Notes under the pieces: generated by a model
Told to the model about the DNA's origin: nothing
Seen by the model: the letters and a program-made list of their open reading frames with translations, nothing else
Databases searched by the model: none
NCBI GenBank assembly: GCA_963835575.1
Contig: CAWIGG010000002.1
Span: 64,001-128,000 of the forward strand
Reading direction: 5' to 3'
Length of the DNA stretch: 64,000 nucleotides
Origin: an uncultured Spirochaetota bacterium
GTDB taxonomy: Bacteria > Spirochaetota > Brevinematia > Brevinematales > JAOACQ01
Shown here: positions 41,548 through 50,793 of the stretch, one piece after another
Layout of the letters: each line of letters opens with the position of its first letter
Numbering within the stretch: position 1 is the stretch's first letter
Translations under genes and position numbers: made by a program

Positions 41548-43764
41548 ATGAATAATCCCCGTGAAATATTATTGAATACATTCGGCTACAGTTCATTCCT
41601 GCCTCTGCAGGAAGACATCATCGGCGCGGTCATGTCAAAAAACGATGTTTTGGCCGTCCTTCCCACCGGGGGAGGAAAATCCATCTGCTACCAGATCCCT
41701 TCGATCCTGCTTCCGGGCCTGACGGTGGTCATTTCTCCCCTGATATCCCTGATGAAAGACCAGGTCGACCAGCTGGATAAGGCCGGAATCAAGGCCGTTA
41801 TGCTGAACAGTACCCTCAATCCCAATGAATATCATGAAAACAAGGCACATTTACTTAACGGGCATGCCAGGCTCCTCTACATAGCCCCGGAGTCCCTCTT
41901 CAAAGCGGATATCCAGGCGATGCTTGCCCGCGCCCAGCCTGCATTGATAGCCGTCGATGAAGCGCACTGTGTTTCCGTCTGGGGCCATGACTTCCGGCCG
42001 GAATACAGGCAGTTGATCAAACTGCGGCGGATTTTCCCGGAAGCGGTATGGATCGCACTGACAGCTACGGCCACCGGCCGGGTCCGTCAGGACATCTGCG
42101 GATGTCTCGGCCTCGATAGCCCGAAGGTGTTCATCGGCAGCTTCAACCGGAAGAATTTATTCCTTGAAGTGAGGCCGAAATCGGACAGCTACGGCCAGTT
42201 AAAAGAAATCCTGGGCGCTCATAAAGACCAATCAGGTATCGTTTATTGTTTTTCCAGGAACCAGGTGGATATTTTGTCGCAGAAACTGGCCGGTGAAGGC
42301 TATTCCGTCAAACCCTACCATGCCGGGTTGCCTGATGAAGAACGGCATTTAAACCAGCGCCTGTTCGTGAATGATAACGCGTCGGTGATGATCGCGACCA
42401 TCGCGTTCGGCATGGGGATCAACAAACCGGATGTCCGTTTTGTCGTCCATTACGACATTCCGAAAAACCTGGAATCTTATTATCAGGAAATCGGCAGGGC
42501 CGGAAGGGACGGCCTGCCGTCGGACTGCGTCCTTCTTTATAATTACGCCGACATTCATAAGCACATGAATTTTATCAATGAGATAAGCGATCCTGAACTC
42601 AAAGCCTCCGCCGTGAAGCACCTCAATGAAATGGCCGCTTTTGCCGAGAACCTGGACTGCCGGAGAAAGCCCCTTCTGCGGTATTTCGGCGAGGAATACC
42701 ATGAAGACAACTGCGGCGGCTGCGACAACTGCGCATCCGGGAAGCCGGAAGGGGATGAAACGGACCTGACGGACGAGGCGCGCCTGTTCCTTTCCGCTTT
42801 GACGGAAGTGAATGAAAGGTTCGGCAGCGAGCATATTATCGCCATCCTGCGGGGCTCTGCCGGTGAAAAAGTCAGGAAATTCCATCATGAAGAACTCGCC
42901 TCCTACAATCTGGGTAAAAACAAATCAAAAAACGAATGGCAGGTAATCCGGGATCTGATGGTACGGTCCAGGCTGATCAAAAAGGACATCGATAATTTCG
43001 GCGTCCTGAAAATAACGCCTGAAGGGAAGGAAGTTCTGGGCGGGAGAAGAAAATTTACCGGGCATATTCCAGAGGAAAAAACCGCTGCCGCGATACCCGC
43101 AAGGGGGATGAACAGCGCCTTTCAGTATGATAAAACATTGTTTGAATCCCTGAGGAAACTCCGCAAGCAGCTCGCCGAACAGGAAAATGTGCCTCCTTAT
43201 GTCATATTCCCGGACACGTCGCTCATCCAGATGTCCCGGGAATTTCCGGAAAACAGGGCGGAATTTGCCCGCATCACGGGCGTCGGCCGGGTGAAGCTGG
43301 AAAAATACGCCGGGGTATTTGTTTCCGCAGTCATAAAATACTTGAAAGATAATCCCGCAGCGGGGAAAAAACCGGCGGCCCCGGATAATCATGGCGGCAT
43401 TCCGGTAAAATTAAAAAGAATACCGGAAGGCAAAAATCTTCCGAAACATATGACGACCGGTAAGCTTTTTAACGCGGGACGGTCTATTGAATCCATAGGG
43501 GATGAATTCTCGATAAAAAAAGAAACAGTCTTTGAACACTTATTTCGCTGTGTAAAAGACGGAATGGCCGTCGATACAGGACTATTGCTGAAATACGCTC
43601 CCCGGAGCGGGGATGAGTCCCGCCGGATACTGGAAGTATTTAATAAGAACAGCGGCGGTTATTTAAAACCGGTCTTTGAGGCGTTTAATGAGAAATACAC
43701 CTATGAAGAACTGAGAATCTATCAATTGATCTATTTGAGCGGGCTTCAATCACCCGATAAGTGA
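41548..43764 (+). CDS. recQ: DNA helicase RecQ
   Basis: PTGGGKS, VDEAHCVS.WGHDFRPEY, ATIAFGMGI, QEIGRAGRDG, Zn-binding CRR..CGGCDNC, RQC and HRDC (VPPYVIF). Confidence 0.96.
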   Translation: MNNPREILLNTFGYSSFLPLQEDIIGAVMSKNDVLAVLPTGGGKSICYQIPSILLPGLTVVISPLISLMKDQVDQLDKAGIKAVMLNSTLNPNEYHENKAHLLNGHARLLYIAPESLFKADIQAMLARAQPALIAVDEAHCVSVWGHDFRPEYRQLIKLRRIFPEAVWIALTATATGRVRQDICGCLGLDSPKVFIGSFNRKNLFLEVRPKSDSYGQLKEILGAHKDQSGIVYCFSRNQVDILSQKLAGEGYSVKPYHAGLPDEERHLNQRLFVNDNASVMIATIAFGMGINKPDVRFVVHYDIPKNLESYYQEIGRAGRDGLPSDCVLLYNYADIHKHMNFINEISDPELKASAVKHLNEMAAFAENLDCRRKPLLRYFGEEYHEDNCGGCDNCASGKPEGDETDLTDEARLFLSALTEVNERFGSEHIIAILRGSAGEKVRKFHHEELASYNLGKNKSKNEWQVIRDLMVRSRLIKKDIDNFGVLKITPEGKEVLGGRRKFTGHIPEEKTAAAIPARGMNSAFQYDKTLFESLRKLRKQLAEQENVPPYVIFPDTSLIQMSREFPENRAEFARITGVGRVKLEKYAGVFVSAVIKYLKDNPAAGKKPAAPDNHGGIPVKLKRIPEGKNLPKHMTTGKLFNAGRSIESIGDEFSIKKETVFEHLFRCVKDGMAVDTGLLLKYAPRSGDESRRILEVFNKNSGGYLKPVFEAFNEKYTYEELRIYQLIYLSGLQSPDK

Positions 43765-44081
43765 AGCCCGGTGTGCCATTTTTTGATCCTCCGCGCTGAT
43801 TTCATGAAAAACCCTGTCAATTTACTGTCGGTCACCCTTATATTCGTTGATACTTTAATTGTTTTATCCGGCAAAACAATAAATCATTTAATTCTTAATT
43901 ATATATCATCAATTCCTTTTACAATCTAATTCCAGGGGATAAGTCCAAAAGTGATATGACAAAAAAATAGATTTCAATCTTGAATCTTTTTTAATGTATT
44001 ATTACCTTAGATATATATAAGGCACATGGTTTTACTTAATGAAAAAGGCTGATCAGAATATTTAAAAAAAGGAGGCATGGG

Positions 44082-44975
44082 GTGAAGAAAACATCAATTA
44101 TCAAATATTTCATAAAGACATCAATTATTCTTTTACCGCTGCTCGGCTTTTCATTTTCCGGGCTCTTCTCTGAGGACGTTAACGTGATAATGAACAACGG
44201 TTCATATATAAAAGGAAGCCTGCTGGGTAAAACGGCCGATGAAATCGTTATTCAGGAAGCGGGTGGAAAAACGGACACGATAAAATTGGCAGATATCAAG
44301 GGCGTTTTCGATCCGCAGACCGGAAATCCCGTCGATCTTTCGGTAAATGAAAATACAAGTCAGGTAAGTCCGCAAAGGCCCGGCAGGGTCATTATCTACC
44401 GTCCGAAACCTGTCATAATCGAAGGACCGCGGAACGCGTTCGGGATCGATCTTCTGGGAGCGTCGCTCGGCTCCATAAGGCTGTCTTACGAAAGGGCGCT
44501 TTCGGATTGGTTTTCCCTGAGGATCGACGCCGCTTACAGCCCGGACTATTTCTGGCAGAGCGGGGTCAGCCTATGGTCGGCGGCGGTTTACGGACGGGTC
44601 TATTTCGGCCATTATATTCCATGGTTCAACACATGGTATAAAGGCCTGGGGGGAATGTTCTTCGAGGCAGGGGCCGGCTATGAAGGCGCGGCGATCAATT
44701 ACTCCTATTCGGACAGGAAAGGTTCGGTCAGCATCAATGGAAGCTTTCCGCCGTCGCCGATGGCAAGGTTTGTTTTCGGCAACAAGATTATCTTCGGAAA
44801 TGAAAGCGGTTTTTACCTGGAACCCTACGCGGGCTTTGAAGTGTCCTTCGGGTCCTGGAATATCGATTACAGCGGCACGGGACGCTATTCCCCTCAAAAT
44901 AGCGATATCTTTCCCTATGTCGAAGGGCTGGGGCAGGGCTATCTTTTCGGCATTGATTTCGGTTACACGTTTTAA
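44082..44975 (+). CDS. Exported protein: Sm/LSm-like N-domain + probable outer-membrane beta-barrel (DUF3575-like)
   Basis: Signal peptide; V.MNNGS.I.G.LLG domain; amphipathic strands ending in FGYTF; AAGGAGG RBS. Confidence 0.65.
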   Translation: MKKTSIIKYFIKTSIILLPLLGFSFSGLFSEDVNVIMNNGSYIKGSLLGKTADEIVIQEAGGKTDTIKLADIKGVFDPQTGNPVDLSVNENTSQVSPQRPGRVIIYRPKPVIIEGPRNAFGIDLLGASLGSIRLSYERALSDWFSLRIDAAYSPDYFWQSGVSLWSAAVYGRVYFGHYIPWFNTWYKGLGGMFFEAGAGYEGAAINYSYSDRKGSVSINGSFPPSPMARFVFGNKIIFGNESGFYLEPYAGFEVSFGSWNIDYSGTGRYSPQNSDIFPYVEGLGQGYLFGIDFGYTF

Positions 44976-44998
44976 ATTATTATTTTGGAGGCCGGACA

Positions 44999-45538
44999 AT
45001 GAAAAAAATATTATTTATAATTCTGATTCTTGTTTTTACGGCGGGTATTTCATCAGCCGTTGAAGTTAATATAATCATGAAGGACGGCAGTGTCGTGAAA
45101 GGGAATATGCTGGGGAAAACCGCCGATGAGATTTATCTTCAGGGCGATAATGGAAAAGCCAGTACAATGAAGATAACAGACATAAAGGCCGTGTTCAACG
45201 CAGGCAATGGCGAGCCTGTTGTTCTTACCGCCAGGACGGATTCCCAGCAGGTCCTGACAAACGGCCAGACCGTCACAAACGATAAAAACTCCATTGTTGT
45301 CTCGGAAATCCAGGGAACGGGGGTTTATTACGGGGATTATAACGGCGATGTGGTCTATTATTACGGCGGGGCATGGTGGAAATACACCGGCGGCCTGTGG
45401 TACAGGGCTTACGGATTTGACGGGCCCTGGTTCTTTATCGGCGGCAGCTTTATACCTTACCCGGTCGCTTATATCGGGCCCAGATGGTTTTATTACGGTC
45501 CGCGTCATATTTATTACAGACACTGGCGCAGATGGTGA
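44999..45538 (+). CDS. Exported protein with the same N-domain + aromatic-rich tail
   Basis: N-domain paralogous to 44082..44975 (LGKTADEI); YYGGAWWKY...GPW tail. Confidence 0.7.
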   Translation: MKKILFIILILVFTAGISSAVEVNIIMKDGSVVKGNMLGKTADEIYLQGDNGKASTMKITDIKAVFNAGNGEPVVLTARTDSQQVLTNGQTVTNDKNSIVVSEIQGTGVYYGDYNGDVVYYYGGAWWKYTGGLWYRAYGFDGPWFFIGGSFIPYPVAYIGPRWFYYGPRHIYYRHWRRW

Positions 45539-45621
45539 TAAGCACATAAAGTGATACGGACGGCTGATCCATATGTAGTAATTAAATAACCCGAATTCGG
45601 ATTTCACAGGAGGAGAATAAT

Positions 45622-46077
45622 TTGAAAGAAAAATTTAGTGGAATACTGATGCTCCTGCCTTTTTCTTTCCTTTTTCTGCTCACAGGATGCGGCGATACGC
45701 AAAAGTTCATTGACAGAATGAAGCTGAGTAATGAAGAGGCGGTTAAAGTTAAACCGGTTATTGAAGAATACCTGAAAAAACAGAGCGAAATCTTTGAAAT
45801 CATAAAAAAATACAAGAAACCTTCCGGAGGTACCGGGGGGGACAGTACAGACCGGTCAGCCATGAAAGATGACATGGAAAAGCAAAAGGAAGAAATCGGC
45901 TCTTTTTTTGAATCGAATGACAATGACGCTATGAAAGAATTAAAGCCTCTTGTTACTGAAGAACAGTTAAATGTATTTTTGAACACGGCTAAAGAATACA
46001 GGCAGGAGAAAATAAAAGAGATGATGGGAGGAACCGGAAGTACGGAAAGGCATGAAGGACGCGGAAGACATAAATAA
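45622..46077 (+). CDS. Hypothetical helical lipoprotein
   Basis: Lipobox LTGC; LVTEEQ motif reminiscent of LTxxQ; AGGAG RBS. Confidence 0.6.
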   Translation: MKEKFSGILMLLPFSFLFLLTGCGDTQKFIDRMKLSNEEAVKVKPVIEEYLKKQSEIFEIIKKYKKPSGGTGGDSTDRSAMKDDMEKQKEEIGSFFESNDNDAMKELKPLVTEEQLNVFLNTAKEYRQEKIKEMMGGTGSTERHEGRGRHK

Positions 46078-46297
46078 TTCTTAATATACAGGGTTTTGAA
46101 AGTTCATTCATATTCGACCTCCTTACCAAAAGTCCTCTATCCGATATTGTTGATTATGCAATCGGATAGAGGGCTTTATTTTTGAGAAGGGATAACTACA
46201 GAGATTATCCTTTGATGCCCGGGGCAGGCGCCGGACATGGAGAAAGGTATGGAAAAAATTATTAAGTATTAGAATAAATAATAGATTTAAGGGTCTG

Positions 46298-46360
46298 CTT
46301 TGCGTGCTTTGCGTCTTTGCGGGAATTTTAATCTCTCGCAAAGACGCAAAGCACGCAAAG
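46298..46360. repeat. Palindrome of CGCAAAG tandem arms
   Basis: CTTTGCGTGCTTTGCGTCTTTGCG ... CGCAAAGACGCAAAGCACGCAAAG. Confidence 0.8.
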
Positions 46361-46611
46361 AAAAGGACTTTGTTAATTTGTTTTTACCATCCGCTGAATG
46401 CCGCCAGCCATTTGTTTACGCCGCCTCTGACGCTGACATTTACACCCCCGGGGGTAAATGTAAAAAGCCGGATTTGCTTTTCGGCATCGTAATGAAGTTA
46501 TATGTCTTTATTAAAAAAGGTGCAGGCTGTTGAATGAAAAACCGTTTAAATAATTTGTATTAAACGGCCGATCCTTTACCGAACCCATATTATCCATTTC
46601 CGGATGTCCCC

Positions 46612-47493
46612 TTATTCTGCCGTCCTGATACTTACCCGAATGCTCTCCTGGAGCCGCTCGATTTCATCGCCGGCCTGATAAGAAAAGCTGACTTGAGCAA
46701 GATCGCCGGAATTAACGGGAACGGATGAAGAAAGCGGAATGATCAGGTTCTGGTTCATCCAGTTGACGGCCCGGTTTTCTTTCATATGATAGAAGAGCCT
46801 GTTATTTGTGATAAAGCGGAGGGCGTTGAGTTCGCCGCTCTTCTTTATAAGGATTTCCTTGCCGCAATGGAGCGACTGATGAAAATCCTCTCCATACTGA
46901 ACAATCGCGTAAACTGACGGATCGCTGAGCGGACAGACGCTGGCGGATTCCCCGGGGTATTGAAAATTTGGCAGCGGCGCGTAATAGCCGAAAAAATTGA
47001 AATCCTGGCTGATAAGCTCCGCTCCCAGCACAGTCGCTTCAGGCACAAAGCGGGGAAGCTTTTTGCCGAACCTGGCTTTATACCGTTCCTTAAAAGATGC
47101 AATGACCTGTGTCTGCTTCTCCCGCAGTAAGGCGGAATGCAGCATTTCACAGATGACAACGTCAACCGGCTCCGGCGGAAGATAGCTCGCCGCGTCGGCC
47201 TTTACAACTTCCACTTCCGCTTGAAATGAATTGAGGGCCAGCAGCTCCTTCGCCTTGCCGGCCAGGGCCGGCTGCCGCTCAACGCACCAGACCTTTGAGG
47301 CGCGTTCCGCCGCAAAAAAAGACAGGACCCCCGTGCCGCCCCCAAGTTCCAGGACCTTTCCGTTCGAAGGAACAGCTAATCGGATGGCCTCCTTGAAACT
47401 CAGCATCCTGGCTTCGTCCTGCAGCATTTGAAAATGATAATGAAGGGGAATATACTGTCCCAGCTGTAATTCGCGATCGTCTTTCAGTCCCAT
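46612..47493 (-). CDS. Class I SAM-dependent methyltransferase, PRMT-like architecture
   Basis: HFQML.D..R...F..AI, VLELGGGTGVLS, VDVVICEML. Confidence 0.8.
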   Translation of the reverse strand: MGLKDDRELQLGQYIPLHYHFQMLQDEARMLSFKEAIRLAVPSNGKVLELGGGTGVLSFFAAERASKVWCVERQPALAGKAKELLALNSFQAEVEVVKADAASYLPPEPVDVVICEMLHSALLREKQTQVIASFKERYKARFGKKLPRFVPEATVLGAELISQDFNFFGYYAPLPNFQYPGESASVCPLSDPSVYAIVQYGEDFHQSLHCGKEILIKKSGELNALRFITNNRLFYHMKENRAVNWMNQNLIIPLSSSVPVNSGDLAQVSFSYQAGDEIERLQESIRVSIRTAE

Positions 47494-47782
47494 TGCTGTT
47501 CTCCATATATAAAGGTTTTAATCCGGCGAATATCAATCGATTATGACTGCGCCGGTTCCAGTTCCGCGATTCGATTTCTGATGATAAGCCTGTTTCATTG
47601 CCCGGGAAAAGGATTATTTCACAGGTTAAAGATCAAAATCCAGCGCCGATTCCATTATTTCGGATTTTATCATATTATATTGAGCGAATTATGTTTTATT
47701 TTCAATCAAACGCCTGTTTTTGAGAGATAATAAAGCCGGGTATTATATTTGTTGAAAAAAAGGATCAGGCAGACCGGACCCT

Positions 47783-48865
47783 CTATTTGATGTCGAACGC
47801 GAATTCCATATCGGCCTTCATCATCTGGTCATACCGGATCATCAGCCAGCTGAACTGCGTTCCCGGATGCGGCATAAAGACGCCGTTGACAAAACCGATC
47901 TTCAGGTCTATGTCCTTCTCAATATGAAAGGTCCGGTAGATATTCAGGCCGAAGTAAAAAGGGACCCGGTAAAAAGGATCGCCTTCTATGGAGATGTACT
48001 GATGGTTCGTATTAATGAACTCGTCTGAAACGAAAAGCTGAGACTGCCACTGAAGATCGAAAAGGGAGAAATTGTATTCGAGGTAAATCCCTTCACCGAA
48101 GACATTCAGCCGGGGATTGAATTCCCGGTCCGGAATAAAATAGGAGCAAAGGTAGAGCACGCTGAAATTCGTATTCCTGAGGCCGAAAGCGCCGGTGTAA
48201 TCCTCAGTTATAGAAACCGGATGCGGGTTTTCATGTCCGCCGTTATGCCAGTAATGCAGGCCGGCATAAAAAGGGTCCGTTTTATGGATCAAACCGACAT
48301 CAAAACGCTCGCGGTGATTTGTCGTGTCCGGGAGCTGCCAGTTCATATAAAGGTCTCCCTTCCCGAAGGGCTGGTCCCAGAGCGCCTCCAGGCCGTATTC
48401 ATACATGCCATGGCTGTCAATACCGTAAGGGAATGTCTCGTAAGTTACCGGGACCTGGGATTTTGTGATCACCCTCATTTCGGGCGTCATATTAACCAGC
48501 GGATCGAGTATCGCGGGCGGAAAATCATGATTGCCGTCCAGGCTTCCCAGCATCAGGGTAAATCCCTGGAACATAAAGCGGGACTGAACATACGGATAAT
48601 AATTGAAAATCTTCTCTTCCTGGTTGAATGGAATAAGAAAACCGGCCCCCAGCTTAAATTCAACATTCGAATCCACATTAATATCCAGGTAAGGCTGAAC
48701 GACATCCTCAAAATAGGTGAGTGTATACCGGGTTTCCTCCCAATATGTGCCGTTTTCACCGTTATAAGCCAATCCCTGGTTTTTTATACGGAATTGAGTT
48801 ATGGTTTCGGGAAACAAAGCGGCCGCGGCCGATAACAGCAGTAAAATAAATATAAACTTTTTCAT
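47783..48865 (-). CDS. Hypothetical exported protein, probable beta-barrel
   Basis: Signal peptide, aromatic-rich amphipathic strands. Confidence 0.6.
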   Translation of the reverse strand: MKKFIFILLLLSAAAALFPETITQFRIKNQGLAYNGENGTYWEETRYTLTYFEDVVQPYLDINVDSNVEFKLGAGFLIPFNQEEKIFNYYPYVQSRFMFQGFTLMLGSLDGNHDFPPAILDPLVNMTPEMRVITKSQVPVTYETFPYGIDSHGMYEYGLEALWDQPFGKGDLYMNWQLPDTTNHRERFDVGLIHKTDPFYAGLHYWHNGGHENPHPVSITEDYTGAFGLRNTNFSVLYLCSYFIPDREFNPRLNVFGEGIYLEYNFSLFDLQWQSQLFVSDEFINTNHQYISIEGDPFYRVPFYFGLNIYRTFHIEKDIDLKIGFVNGVFMPHPGTQFSWLMIRYDQMMKADMEFAFDIK

Positions 48866-49022
48866 TCAGTAACTCCTGCGAAAAAATACAAAAAAACCGT
48901 AAACTGACAAATGTATAACTCTTTATTTTAGAGTTATCATTCGGGAATGTAAAATATTAAAGCTGTATATCAGAAGAAGATTTCAGAATCGTACGCAAAA
49001 TAAAGTTTTGCGCCGGTCCAGC

Positions 49023-50697
49023 TTGCCTGTCGGTTATTTCATTTTCGGAGTCAAACCAGCCCCTTACAATAAGCGGGCAAATAAAAATTTTGTCAGCTTA
49101 GCTGATTTTAATAATAAATTTCGAATAATCGATACTCAGACTATACAAAATCCTCTCTATTTTCTCAAATATTGGGCATATTTCATAAAATTATGCGCAA
49201 GGGATACCCAGCATAGCTCCAAATTCACTTTCCGTTGACCTCTGTAAACTGTCTGAACATAACCCTTCTGTGTTTTGATGTTTGAAAATACGTGTTCTTT
49301 ACCTATCCTGCGGTTGTATATCTTTTGCCCTTCTTCGCTGTAAAGTTTTGTTAAATAAGCATCAATCTTAGACCGATTATTCAATTCAAACTCACTGAAA
49401 ATTACTGTCTTTTGCTGTGTTTTCGGTTTGATGTTTTTATAACACTCACTGAAAAATGGACATCTTTCACAGCCCTTCCGTGAATACAAAAATGTATATC
49501 TTTGGTTATTTCGATCTAAATACCCATTTTCCTTACGGCCGCCCCGGCATCCCAGGATATATTCGTCATCAATCTTTTCCAGTTTAAAGTCTCTTCGCTT
49601 CTGTGATTTATCACTGAAATCCCGCTCTTTCGTATCCACATAAAGGTCTTTTCCTTCCTCCACCATCCGGATTGTCTCTTCCATGTCCTGAAAACCCGAA
49701 TCAAAAAGGTATTTGCTAGCCTTATCAACTTTTAATTCCGCTTTTTTCTGTTCCACCCTCTTTACCATTTCTTCCGTATGCTGTTTTTCCGGTGTTGTGA
49801 TTGCTTCAAAATCTATAATCACATCATTATTACTGACCATCATCGCCGAATTATATCCCTGTATAAACACACTATGCGGATTTCCAGACATCAGCTTGCT
49901 TTCGGGATCAGTCAGGTTGGTGAATTCTTCGTCTGTCTTTTCCCCTCTCTCTACCTGTTTTTTGTATTCATCGATTTGGTTCAAAACACTATCGTAAATC
50001 TTTTTCCGCCTTGATACCCGCTTCTTCTCCGCTTCGTAATAAGGCTGCTCCAGCTTGCCTTCCCGGTAAGATTCTTCCAGTTCCAGGTCTTGTTTCACAA
50101 TCTTTTCCGCCATCTTCTGGTAAGTGTCCATCAGCTTCCGGGTATGTTTCTTTCCCACATTCTTATTCTTACTCGCGTAGGCCTTGATCTTTGTGCCGTC
50201 ACCCACTACCATGTCCCAATCTATAGACCCCATTTCGTTGAGTATATATAAAAGCTGGCTGAACAACTCCTCGATCTTTTCCTGAAAAAGTACCTTGAAC
50301 TCGCAAATTACCGAATGGTCAATTTTCAGCCGGTTTGAAACATACATAAACCCAATGTGTTTTTTCAGCAAATCTTCTATCTTTCGGCTGATACGATTTC
50401 CCGTAATGTAACCGTAGAGTACCGCACAGATCACATCCCGAGGATTTTTAATCTCTCTGCCTCTATGGTTGTTCTTATAGTAAGCCGCGAAATCCTCCAG
50501 TTTAATACGGTTTTTGATGAATTCTTTTAGTATAAATTCTCTGGAATTCTCATCAAACTGCTCGCCTATATTGATCGCGAGGAACTCACCCTGCTCCAGG
50601 CTGTTCTTTTCAAATCTTGCCATCTTTTTCTCCCGTTTTATTTTAACGGGAACCCTGCCGTATGTCCATGAAGCATGTTATAAAAACCGACAGGCAA
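49023..50697 (-). mobile_element. IS1182-family insertion sequence
   Basis: TIR TTGCCTGTCGGTT / AACCGACAGGCAA; 4-bp target duplication CAGC (49019-49022, 50698-50701); one transposase. Confidence 0.9.
49157..50623 (-). CDS. IS1182-family DDE transposase
   Basis: SRKIE...IDHSVI (DUF772-like), DGTKIKA.AS, TDPES..M, GYN, DSGF, C..CP...C, Y..R...EHVF..IK. Confidence 0.9.
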   Translation of the reverse strand: MARFEKNSLEQGEFLAINIGEQFDENSREFILKEFIKNRIKLEDFAAYYKNNHRGREIKNPRDVICAVLYGYITGNRISRKIEDLLKKHIGFMYVSNRLKIDHSVICEFKVLFQEKIEELFSQLLYILNEMGSIDWDMVVGDGTKIKAYASKNKNVGKKHTRKLMDTYQKMAEKIVKQDLELEESYREGKLEQPYYEAEKKRVSRRKKIYDSVLNQIDEYKKQVERGEKTDEEFTNLTDPESKLMSGNPHSVFIQGYNSAMMVSNNDVIIDFEAITTPEKQHTEEMVKRVEQKKAELKVDKASKYLFDSGFQDMEETIRMVEEGKDLYVDTKERDFSDKSQKRRDFKLEKIDDEYILGCRGGRKENGYLDRNNQRYTFLYSRKGCERCPFFSECYKNIKPKTQQKTVIFSEFELNNRSKIDAYLTKLYSEEGQKIYNRRIGKEHVFSNIKTQKGYVQTVYRGQRKVNLELCWVSLAHNFMKYAQYLRK

Positions 50698-50743
50698 CAG
50701 CATGAAAAAAGCATAGTTATAAAAAGCTCCCCCGTAATATCAG

Positions 50744-50772
50744 AAAGGGCGGCATAAATGCCGCCCTTCTTT
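50744..50772 (-). terminator. Rho-independent terminator
   Basis: AAGGGCGGCAT-AA-ATGCCGCCCTT hairpin just downstream of the 680-aa gene. Confidence 0.7.
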
Positions 50773-50793
50773 ATTAATTGTCTGATTTAAATC

